Shown one piece after another: positions 30,613 to 38,896 of a stretch of DNA of 42,868 bases. The notes below the pieces were generated by a model, which was not told the origin of the DNA, did not search any database, and saw only the letters and a program-made list of their open reading frames with translations. Positions within the stretch are counted from its first letter, which is position 1. Each line of letters starts with the position of its first letter. The DNA is taken from assembly GCA_016839945.1 (NCBI GenBank), contig JAEOTE010000039.1, positions 1 to 42,868 on the forward strand. The letters are read 5' to 3'. The position numbers were made by a program, and so were the translations under genes. Source of the stretch: Candidatus Heimdallarchaeota archaeon. Its GTDB lineage: Archaea; Asgardarchaeota; Heimdallarchaeia; Heimdallarchaeales; Heimdallarchaeaceae.

Positions 30613-32787
30613 TTATTCAGAGTACATGTTATTTAGAAGATTATTTGTAGCTTCTTTAAACCTAACCTCTTCTATAGATCTTGCAACTATCTCTAAACTA
30701 TCAAGAAACGGATTCTTATTTACTTTACCACTAATCACAAGCTCTGAATTTACGAAATTCTTGTTTTTCAACAAGAAGGTGTAAGGAGCTTTTTCGGATT
30801 CTTGTTCGTTTACCATTTTTAACGCTGAATTGGCATCCATCCCTAAAATTTTTTCAGCTAAATCCCCCGCACAAAAAACATTAATGTTACCAGTTCCATC
30901 ATTTACTACAAAAGTAAACAATATTCTATTAAGTGGGGAATCAATATCATCATGCCTTTCACATGTGTATTTACCTTCTTTTTCATCCAATTTCTTCTTG
31001 CATTCAGGACATAAAGCATATACAAATTGTTTCTCAATTAATTTTATCACCGTTGCTTGAATTGTCACATAATCGTCTTCTTTGATATCCTCAATGTCTT
31101 GAATTTTTTGTTGTTTGGAATCAATTTTAGAAACAGATAACCCAGAAACAAAATCATTCGGAGAGATTTCACCATAAAGGGATTTTTTGATTATTGTATC
31201 TCTTGTTACTTGCAAGCCTACACCATAGCCTGTATCTTCTTTAACTTTAGCGTAATAGATTTCTACTTGATCTCCCACATTAAAATCAGAAATCTTTTCC
31301 ACATTCTCTCTCCAGCATGTAAAGCGCACCTCTGCAGTACTATCCTCAATCTTAAAATTTCTAAGATTTACGATTTCAGTTTCTTTTGTTTCAATTTCTT
31401 GTATTGGACTTTTGTCACTCACAATACCTCTCACATGAACAAATTCTTGGTTTTCAGAAATACTATCAAGATTATTAAAACCGACTATGTGTTGTTGATA
31501 TATGTCAGATTCTACATCTTCGATATTTATTTGCGCATCTTTCCCACAATGAAATTCAGTTCTTGAATATTTTACTCCTCTGATTTCTATTTCTCTAATT
31601 CTGACAATACCATTTACAATTGTAGCAAGTTTGTCAACATCATTTTCAGTTATCAATTGGGTTTTATCATCCCAAATAACCACTCTGATGATATCAGTGT
31701 CATCCGATAATGTTAAATTTCTTACTTTTCCAGTTGTTTTATTATCTCTAGAAAACTCATGCAGAGGAGTTACATTAATTATTATCCCTTTTATTGATGT
31801 ATAATTATTATTTAGTGTTTCATTAATATCTTTGATTTTTGTTAATTGACTTTCTAACACTTCATTTGTGATGATTAAACCTTTTTTTACAACAATATCT
31901 TTTATAGCTGATGACTTTTTTATTTTACTAAATCCACCGAAATGGAGTTCTACAGATCCTTTGAAACTTTTGGAATTCAAATCAGTAATTTCAACAATAT
32001 CCCCAAGCTTAAAATCATCTAGCAGAATTGTCTTTTCATTCCAAAAATTTACATAAATTTCTCCTGTTTCGTCACCAACTGTAATGGCAAGTTTTTGTCC
32101 TGTAGTAGAGTCTGAACGTGCAAAATCCCGTTTATCATCAATTTGAGTAATTTTTCCTACTGTGGTTATATTTGTCTGATTATCTTTTATTTCATTTATT
32201 TTCATTATGGTTGTTTGAAGAAGCGGTAAGTCTTCATCTTTAACACCAGAAGGCCTGATTTGTATTTGGCTGTTTCGACCCAGATGTACCTCAATAGATT
32301 CTCCATCCCTACTCTTCTTTGTGTATCCGTTAAAAATTCGAATTAAATCACCACTTTTACAGTTTCCATCCTGTAATTCTTTGGCTTTTTCATCCCAGAA
32401 AACCACCCTTATACTTCCTGTTTTATCGTAAACAGTAGCTGACTGTAAAACACCTGTTGTACCGTCATTCCTTTGAAAACTATGTTGATCTGCAATTTTA
32501 GAAATTCTACCAAGGATGTTAATATTTGATGTTGGTATATTATCTTCTGTTGATTTTGATAAATCTAATTGACTAATCGGAGTTATAGATTGTACTCTTA
32601 CAGTTGGTTCGGATGACAAATCTACATTATTTTCTCTAGCTACAATATGAGCTGCTCCCAGTTCTGTCACAAAATCCCCCAATTCATCCATTTTGTCATT
32701 TATCAGTTGATGAATTTCATCCTTTCCAAAACCTGTTTCTGATGCTATTAGTTCTACAATCTCTTTTAATGAACGTTGGTTAGACAT
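30613..32787 (-). CDS. rpa: Replication protein A large subunit (multiple OB folds plus Zn finger)
   Basis: Repeated D(K/E/D)TG.I.V.FW OB motifs; last OB carries CPECKK..CERH followed by VNDGTGNI. Confidence 0.9.
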   Translation of the reverse strand: MSNQRSLKEIVELIASETGFGKDEIHQLINDKMDELGDFVTELGAAHIVARENNVDLSSEPTVRVQSITPISQLDLSKSTEDNIPTSNINILGRISKIADQHSFQRNDGTTGVLQSATVYDKTGSIRVVFWDEKAKELQDGNCKSGDLIRIFNGYTKKSRDGESIEVHLGRNSQIQIRPSGVKDEDLPLLQTTIMKINEIKDNQTNITTVGKITQIDDKRDFARSDSTTGQKLAITVGDETGEIYVNFWNEKTILLDDFKLGDIVEITDLNSKSFKGSVELHFGGFSKIKKSSAIKDIVVKKGLIITNEVLESQLTKIKDINETLNNNYTSIKGIIINVTPLHEFSRDNKTTGKVRNLTLSDDTDIIRVVIWDDKTQLITENDVDKLATIVNGIVRIREIEIRGVKYSRTEFHCGKDAQINIEDVESDIYQQHIVGFNNLDSISENQEFVHVRGIVSDKSPIQEIETKETEIVNLRNFKIEDSTAEVRFTCWRENVEKISDFNVGDQVEIYYAKVKEDTGYGVGLQVTRDTIIKKSLYGEISPNDFVSGLSVSKIDSKQQKIQDIEDIKEDDYVTIQATVIKLIEKQFVYALCPECKKKLDEKEGKYTCERHDDIDSPLNRILFTFVVNDGTGNINVFCAGDLAEKILGMDANSALKMVNEQESEKAPYTFLLKNKNFVNSELVISGKVNKNPFLDSLEIVARSIEEVRFKEATNNLLNNMYSE

Positions 32788-32803
32788 TGATATACAACTC
32801 TTC

Positions 32804-34090
32804 TTACTTCGTATAAACTTTATGTTTCGAATGCATTATTGAAGTATCTAAATGCTTTGATAAGTCAATTGATTTTTTATTAATAATTTGAAAGAGTTCA
32901 GCTTTATTATTTACTAAAGTGTATAAGAAGTGAAAATCTGAAACGAAGATTGAAACAAAAGAAAACCACAGAGTATTATCATTATTATCTAAAACTCTGT
33001 AGGTCTTTATGTAAGGTACTTTATTATAAAGATCCAATAGCTCTTTATTTGTTATCAGTAGTAAATTCATTAATTCATCACTATCAACAATAATTTTAGG
33101 TTGAATTATTCCCATGTCCTTCAATTTGGACTTAACACGAAATAGAGTTCTAATTGATATCTCATAATCTTGTGAAATCTGTTTTATTTCTGGTCTTCTA
33201 TAATCCAGTTCACAGTTTCTCATTAATTTCAAAATATAATTTTTATTAGCAGAAGTTATAGGAAAACATTGTTTATTGTCCTCTTCTTCATTTATTGGTT
33301 TATCAGAGAATTTCTGAATTGAGTGTTTTTTCCAATCTTTGATAGAAACACCCATATTTAGTACATTTCTATTCAAAAATGATTGTTTCTCTTGAACATA
33401 ATAGATTGATGAATTAGAGATTTTTTGAAGCAAAACACCATATAATATCTTGAATCTTGGAAATAGATGGAATTCATCAATGAACAAGGAATTTTCTTTT
33501 AAATTTTTGTTAAAGTTAAAGGAGAAGAACTCATATGAATCAGCAGAATAATAAGAAGCTACACAGCCCAGGAATATACCCCGTGAACGCAAATTCTGGA
33601 TAGTAGTACTGACGGTTTTTTCAGAAACGTTTAATTTCTTAGCTATTTCTTTGTATAACGAATATGGATTTTCATCTGCTTTTTCAATTATTCTCTGCTC
33701 TAAATAACTAAGATTTAGCTTTGTACTTCTTTTTACTAAACATCTTTCAAAATACTTCAAGATTCGATTATAATTCATGTCTCGGGAATAAATAAAATCA
33801 TGAAACCTTCTTATTTGAACCCAGAAATCTTTATGATCGACAAATTTCCAGAATTCATTTATACTAATTTCTTTATTATTAAAAAAATATTTAATAAAAG
33901 TATTTGTAAAATTGGTTTTGAGGCTAGAAGTAAATTTGGGGAAACTATCGCGAAAAAGATTCTTTACTCTAGTTTCTGGAAAATCGTTAATTTTTAATCT
34001 AAAATTACAAGGTTCTATTCCTCCGCTTAAGAGAAGATTGATTAATTGTGTTTCAACCATCTGCGTGCTAAGTTCACAAAAGTTCATCAC
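32804..34090 (-). CDS. Hypothetical protein with two Lrp/AsnC-like HTH motifs
   Basis: LYKEIAKKLNVSEKTVSTTIQNLRSRG and IKQISQDYEISIRTLFRVKSKLKDMG. Confidence 0.62.
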   Translation of the reverse strand: MMNFCELSTQMVETQLINLLLSGGIEPCNFRLKINDFPETRVKNLFRDSFPKFTSSLKTNFTNTFIKYFFNNKEISINEFWKFVDHKDFWVQIRRFHDFIYSRDMNYNRILKYFERCLVKRSTKLNLSYLEQRIIEKADENPYSLYKEIAKKLNVSEKTVSTTIQNLRSRGIFLGCVASYYSADSYEFFSFNFNKNLKENSLFIDEFHLFPRFKILYGVLLQKISNSSIYYVQEKQSFLNRNVLNMGVSIKDWKKHSIQKFSDKPINEEEDNKQCFPITSANKNYILKLMRNCELDYRRPEIKQISQDYEISIRTLFRVKSKLKDMGIIQPKIIVDSDELMNLLLITNKELLDLYNKVPYIKTYRVLDNNDNTLWFSFVSIFVSDFHFLYTLVNNKAELFQIINKKSIDLSKHLDTSIMHSKHKVYTK

Positions 34091-34227
34091 AATTCATAAT
34101 TTGAATTTAATATTTATACACCACTTTTTGCAAGTGGGCGTCAGTTTTAAACATGTATTATAAGATAAATTAGGAATCAATCAAATATAATAGAAAGAAT
34201 CTATAAAGAATATCATGTTTTATTGCT

Positions 34228-35322
34228 TTATTTTATCTTAATTGAAGTTTTTCTTGTTTGTTTGTATTTATAAATTATAAATGCTGAACTGAAGACAACT
34301 ATTGAAAGACTTGCAATAATCAAGGCATAATAACTAAAAACCCAAACAGGAGGTGGTGCTCTTGCAGGATGTGGAGTATATTTTAAAAGCCATAAAATTA
34401 TATTTTTCCATAAATCTAAATTATCAGTTTGATTTATCCATTTTTGATTGTCACTTATTTCCAAATCGCTAAACATTATTGTTGAACCTGAAAGAATCAT
34501 TCTTGATGAACCAACTCCCTTTGCAAGAAGCCAAGTGAGAAAACCGTTGATTGAATCACGAAAGATGTCGTATTCTTCATTTACTGAATATGATGTAATA
34601 GCTGTTCTTCCTATTGAATATTGGAGATTTTCGTTTCCCAGACTAATAGAAGAAGTGTAAAGTGTAGTTGTATTAATTTGAATTTCTTGTTCAGATATAG
34701 CGAGTACAATTGGATTAATCCTTTCTGTTGGTTCTGTAATTGAGTGTGTAGCATTATAAAAGTCTAGACAAACATAACTTTCATTGCCGTATGTGTTTGA
34801 AAAATCATCTATTACTAAATCAGAATTAGAAAGGTCAGATCCTGTACGAAGACGTGCGGAAGACAGTGTATTTTCTCTAGCTGCAAGAAGATCATTAATA
34901 GAAACTGGATGTCCAGTGATATTTTCGTCTTGTGCTAAAGGATTTCCCAGGAGGAATAGAGAACCACCAAGTTCTACGTAATCTAGAACTGCTTCCAATT
35001 CAGTATAAATCAATTTATCTTTAGTTTCAGAACCAGGATTTGTAAATATTAGTAAATCAACGCCTTGAAGATTAGTTGAATTAAACCTTGAATCATTGTT
35101 GAAAATTAAATCGATTCTAATTTCATCTTCCAAAATATCGGGTAATAAATTATTTAACGCTGACAAAGCGGTATACATCAATGTTCTGTTGAAATATTGA
35201 CCGTGGTATTCATCGAATAGTATAACATATTCATGTTCTGCGTCACCTATTGCCTGATAAAAGTTGGAACTAGCTACAGAGCCAAAGATTAGTAGTAATA
35301 TTACTAGTGAGTATTTCTTCAT
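34228..35322 (-). CDS. Type I membrane protein with GIFT (GldG/IFT52/OST48-N-like) domain, WBP1/OST48-like
   Basis: Signal peptide, ILFDEYHGQ, DLLIFTNP, YVELGGSLFLLG, RMILSGSTIMFSD, NLDLWKNIILWL, C-terminal TM and basic tail. Confidence 0.7.
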   Translation of the reverse strand: MKKYSLVILLLIFGSVASSNFYQAIGDAEHEYVILFDEYHGQYFNRTLMYTALSALNNLLPDILEDEIRIDLIFNNDSRFNSTNLQGVDLLIFTNPGSETKDKLIYTELEAVLDYVELGGSLFLLGNPLAQDENITGHPVSINDLLAARENTLSSARLRTGSDLSNSDLVIDDFSNTYGNESYVCLDFYNATHSITEPTERINPIVLAISEQEIQINTTTLYTSSISLGNENLQYSIGRTAITSYSVNEEYDIFRDSINGFLTWLLAKGVGSSRMILSGSTIMFSDLEISDNQKWINQTDNLDLWKNIILWLLKYTPHPARAPPPVWVFSYYALIIASLSIVVFSSAFIIYKYKQTRKTSIKIK

Positions 35323-35457
35323 AATATCCCGTACAAAGCGATTTGTTAGGGAATAAAAGATAGTATATTTAGATTTTTCGCCCTTTGTGGATTTTTAGTA
35401 ACTATCTGAATAAATCACAAATCTTAAAAATTTTAGTTTCTCGATTGTAATAAAATG

Positions 35458-35533
35458 GCCTCGATAGCTCAGTTGGTAGAGCGTTGCCTTGGTAAGGCAA
35501 AGGTCAGGGGTTCAATCCCCCTTCGAGGCTCCA
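35458..35533 (+). tRNA. tRNA-Thr(GGT), CCA encoded, no intron
   Basis: GCCTCGA-TA-GCTC-AGTTGGTA-GAGC-G-TTGCC-TTGGTAA-GGCAA-AGGTC, T arm with TTCAATC loop, TCGAGGC-T-CCA. Confidence 0.95.
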
Positions 35534-35599
35534 TGTTTTAATCAAAATATTAAATAGCAAAACTCATAAATTTAGCTTTTTAGATTACACTGAAGGCTA

Positions 35600-36385
35600 A
35601 TGACAAGTCTAAAAACCAAATCAGATGAAGAAATCATAAAGAAAATAACACTCTTTATTCGAAAAAAAAAGATAGACTCTGGTTGTAAAGGAGCAGTAGT
35701 TTGCCTTAGTGGTGGATTAGATTCAGCGGTTGTTGCATATTTAGCTATACAAGCAATAGGAAAAGAAAATGTTACATTAGTTCATCTTCCAGAGAAAGAC
35801 TTAGATCCAATTCATACAGAAGATGCTAAACTTATTGCGAATGAGCTAAATACACAACTTAAGGAGATTAATATTTCTTCAATATTAAACGAAACACTTG
35901 AAATATTGCCAGAGTTAGAGAAAAACAAATTAGCAAAAGGAAATTTAAAAGCAAGAATCCGAGCGGTTATTGCTTATTCTATAGCAAATCTTGATAATAG
36001 ATTAGTAATAGGAACTTCAAATAAATCAGAGTTATCAATAGGGTACGGAACTAAATATGGAGATTTGGCTTCAGACATGTTGCCTATAGGGGATATATAT
36101 AAAACACATTTGTATGGGATTGCAAAAAAATTAGGTGTAAATAAAAAGATAATAGAAAAAATTCCAACAGCGGGATTGTGGCCAAATCAAACAGATGAAG
36201 AGGAAATAGGTGTTTCTTATAAAAAACTAGATAGATTCTTAATCGGGCTGGAGATTCAAGAAGACGAAGAAAGTCTTGCTAAGGAATTAAAGCTAAATAA
36301 AAACCAAGTTTTTAGAATAAAGGAACTTCTACGCAAAAATAAACATAAATTAGAGTTTCCAGAAATATATAGAATCCAAACATGA
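35600..36385 (+). CDS. nadE: NH3-dependent NAD+ synthetase
   Basis: LSGGLDS, GNLKARIR, GTSNKSE..GYGTKYGD, PTAGLWPNQTDEEEIG. Confidence 0.95.
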   Translation: MTSLKTKSDEEIIKKITLFIRKKKIDSGCKGAVVCLSGGLDSAVVAYLAIQAIGKENVTLVHLPEKDLDPIHTEDAKLIANELNTQLKEINISSILNETLEILPELEKNKLAKGNLKARIRAVIAYSIANLDNRLVIGTSNKSELSIGYGTKYGDLASDMLPIGDIYKTHLYGIAKKLGVNKKIIEKIPTAGLWPNQTDEEEIGVSYKKLDRFLIGLEIQEDEESLAKELKLNKNQVFRIKELLRKNKHKLEFPEIYRIQT

Positions 36386-36449
36386 TTATCTTATACACGA
36401 TTTGTGTGGGGTATATAATAGAAACTAGACAATTATAATTAGAAGAATA

Positions 36450-36674
36450 ATGTCATTTGATGTAACCGATAACTTCTTTCATCAATTAATTGAAATTATT
36501 CATATTGTGTTCTTCTATATCGTAAAAATCACACTCTTTATTGGAATATTGTTTACAACGGAAAGGATTGGGAAAGGCATGATAGCTAAAAAAGGAAGGA
36601 ATAATTATTCCGGAATTGGAAAAGGTTTGCTAATTATTCTATTTTCCTTAATTTTTTATTTTATTTTTTCTTAA
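36450..36674 (+). CDS. Small 2-TM membrane protein (74 aa)
   Basis: Two hydrophobic segments around a basic loop; ATG start; fills the intergenic gap. Confidence 0.6.
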   Translation: MSFDVTDNFFHQLIEIIHIVFFYIVKITLFIGILFTTERIGKGMIAKKGRNNYSGIGKGLLIILFSLIFYFIFS

Positions 36675-36788
36675 GTTTTTCAGTAAAATGATTAGAAATG
36701 ATGAAACTAGTAAGTTTCTAATAATCCTTAACATTAAAATATCATTATTGTTGAATTAATATTAATAAGACTCAACCGAATAGGTGAA

Positions 36789-37427
36789 TTGCTTGTGTTA
36801 AGTAGTTTGTTAGAAAATTCAAAAATACCCCTGGGTGTCACTCATGTTGCAGGCGCTCCTAATTCGGGAAAAACCACATTGCTTTATCAGTTATGTCGAA
36901 ATCTGAGTAAAGAAAAAAAGGTCCTTATTTTTGATTGTGAAATGAGTTTCAGTGCTCAAAGATTACAAGAGGTTATTAAAAAAAGAGATATTCTTAAGAA
37001 AGTCATAGTAATACGAATAACGGACAAAAAACAACAGCTCTTGAATATAATGAAAACCCACAACTTTCTTATGAATAACTCATTTCATTTCATAGGAATT
37101 AATGGATTTACTAATCATTTTAGATTTACTGAAAAAGCTACAAATGAAATATCGATTCATCGAAGATTAGGAATACAGATGGCCTATCTAATGAAAATTA
37201 GCAAAGAGCTTAAACAACCTATTGTTCTCACTAACCAAGTTAGTGTTTTTAAGAAAAATGATAAACAAATACTTAAATCAGTGGCAGGTCAGATAATAAA
37301 TCACTATTCAAAAACAAATATTGTTTTACAGCACATAAATAAAAAACTCTGGAAAGCAAGAAATGAAGACGTAGAGGTTTATTACACTCTTTCTTCAGGA
37401 GGAATCGAAGTAGTATCACAAAAATGA
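36789..37427 (+). CDS. RadA/Rad51 paralog (RadB/aRadC-like, core domain only)
   Basis: Walker A GAPNSGKT, IFDCEMSFSAQRL, degenerate Walker B IGING, IVLTNQV; no N-terminal HhH domain. Confidence 0.8.
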   Translation: MLVLSSLLENSKIPLGVTHVAGAPNSGKTTLLYQLCRNLSKEKKVLIFDCEMSFSAQRLQEVIKKRDILKKVIVIRITDKKQQLLNIMKTHNFLMNNSFHFIGINGFTNHFRFTEKATNEISIHRRLGIQMAYLMKISKELKQPIVLTNQVSVFKKNDKQILKSVAGQIINHYSKTNIVLQHINKKLWKARNEDVEVYYTLSSGGIEVVSQK

Positions 37428-37432
37428 GTGGG

Positions 37433-37861
37433 TTATCCACCTTTTGCGTTATATAACAGAAGAATAGCAACAAACCATACTACTACTAGTAAAGTTGCAA
37501 TAATTTCAACTTTTTGAGCAGTGTTCACATCAAAGGCATATTTAGTTGCATGGTCAAAAAGATACAAACTAACAGCAGCAAAAGCAAACACAAAACCTGC
37601 AACTATGCCTTCAATAAGATATTGATAATGTAGGTTTGGGGCAATGAAAAGAGGACTGTTACCTGATTGGCCTAAGCTGACAAGAGTATCCTTGTTAACT
37701 ATATCGTATGCACCACCACTAAATATGTAGAATATTATACCATATATTACGATGTAAAAAACACTACGTGGAATCCTTGTTGGAATTCTAACAGAAATTT
37801 GTTGTAAACTGAAATTTGGTCTCCTAATACCAGGTAAAATCCAAGGTAGTTTCCTAGCCAT
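37433..37861 (-). CDS. Oligosaccharyltransferase subunit OSTC/DC2 (OST3/OST6 family TM domain)-like protein
   Basis: 3 TM, FSGGAYDIV and QYLIEGIVAG match the DC2/OST3 G..YD and QY..EG motifs; 142 aa. Confidence 0.8.
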   Translation of the reverse strand: MARKLPWILPGIRRPNFSLQQISVRIPTRIPRSVFYIVIYGIIFYIFSGGAYDIVNKDTLVSLGQSGNSPLFIAPNLHYQYLIEGIVAGFVFAFAAVSLYLFDHATKYAFDVNTAQKVEIIATLLVVVWFVAILLLYNAKGG

Positions 37862-37967
37862 TTTTATCTATCGTTCGAATATAATAGACTATTTTAAAGA
37901 TTTCGTTTAAATAATAAAGTAAATTCTGTTTTCTTTTTAGACGGCTTTAATTTAGCTTCTAATCATT

Positions 37968-38729
37968 TTATCTTTTGAAAACAATTTTGTTCTCCAAAGG
38001 ATAGACAACATATTTCCCTGGATTCTTCTCAACCATGCTAACAAGAAAGCTTTCAGTGGTTTTAATTGAAACCCCTAGATCTTTGGAGATACTATCAAAA
38101 TTTATTTCATCCAACTCTTCTGACTTTTCTTCAACATATTCAGTCAACATTATCTCAAAATTTTCTCTGCTTAAAAATAATTGTTGATCTTTTACTACTC
38201 CACCCAAAATTGCATCATCAACCATTTGATGTATCAAAGAAAGCAGCAAATCGAGTTCTATTTTTAACTTCCTACTTATTTCTTGAATTTCATATTCTTC
38301 TTTGTTTTGAAGAGTGGACAGAATATAATTCTGAAGATATTTTAGTGAGTAATACGCTTCTTCACTCATTACTCCTCTTTCTAAGTGCTGTAGGAATAAA
38401 TCCAGGATTTTGTCTTTAATCTTCCAATGTTTCTTAAGAGGATCTAAATTAACAAGACCAGTGTTTTTAAGTCTGTTTTTAAGGTCGCCTAAAGCTTCAT
38501 CTTCCATTGAAAAGAAATAAAGATTTTTTTTGGTTAAGACTATACCACTTATTTTTCTAGAAGAAAGCAATTTATTAGTAACTTTGTATCTTTGTTCTGG
38601 AGATAATTTTGATTGTATTCTCATCAAATTCAAGAAATTTTTGTTTTCTAGTTCTTCTATCAAATGGTTTTCAAATACTTTTTCTTTTGAAGTAAACAAC
38701 ACAGAGATTCTTCTTAAGAGAGAACTCAT
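37968..38729 (-). CDS. Tandem winged-helix/PCI-like protein (UFL1/DDRGK1-like)
   Basis: Repeated wHTH units: RLKNTGLVNLDPL, IQEISRKLKI..IHQMVDDAILGGVV, INFDSISKDLGVS. Confidence 0.55.
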   Translation of the reverse strand: MSSLLRRISVLFTSKEKVFENHLIEELENKNFLNLMRIQSKLSPEQRYKVTNKLLSSRKISGIVLTKKNLYFFSMEDEALGDLKNRLKNTGLVNLDPLKKHWKIKDKILDLFLQHLERGVMSEEAYYSLKYLQNYILSTLQNKEEYEIQEISRKLKIELDLLLSLIHQMVDDAILGGVVKDQQLFLSRENFEIMLTEYVEEKSEELDEINFDSISKDLGVSIKTTESFLVSMVEKNPGKYVVYPLENKIVFKR

Positions 38730-38896
38730 AGTACTCGTATGTTCTTACAATGTATAGTTTATAAAAGATTGCTCTTCTTGTTTCTTTAATAGAGATTTGT
38801 TAAATAATAAAGGTGAAATTGAAAAGTTTTGAAACTTCTTTTAAGCAAATAATTGTGGTGTTTATTTAGCTTGCTTCTGTAAAAATATAGATAATC

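Noticed and set aside
34228-34251. Di-lysine ER-retrieval signal on the WBP1-like protein
   Set aside because: The tail KTSIKIK has Lys at -3 but not at -4 or -5; the positive-inside rule explains it.
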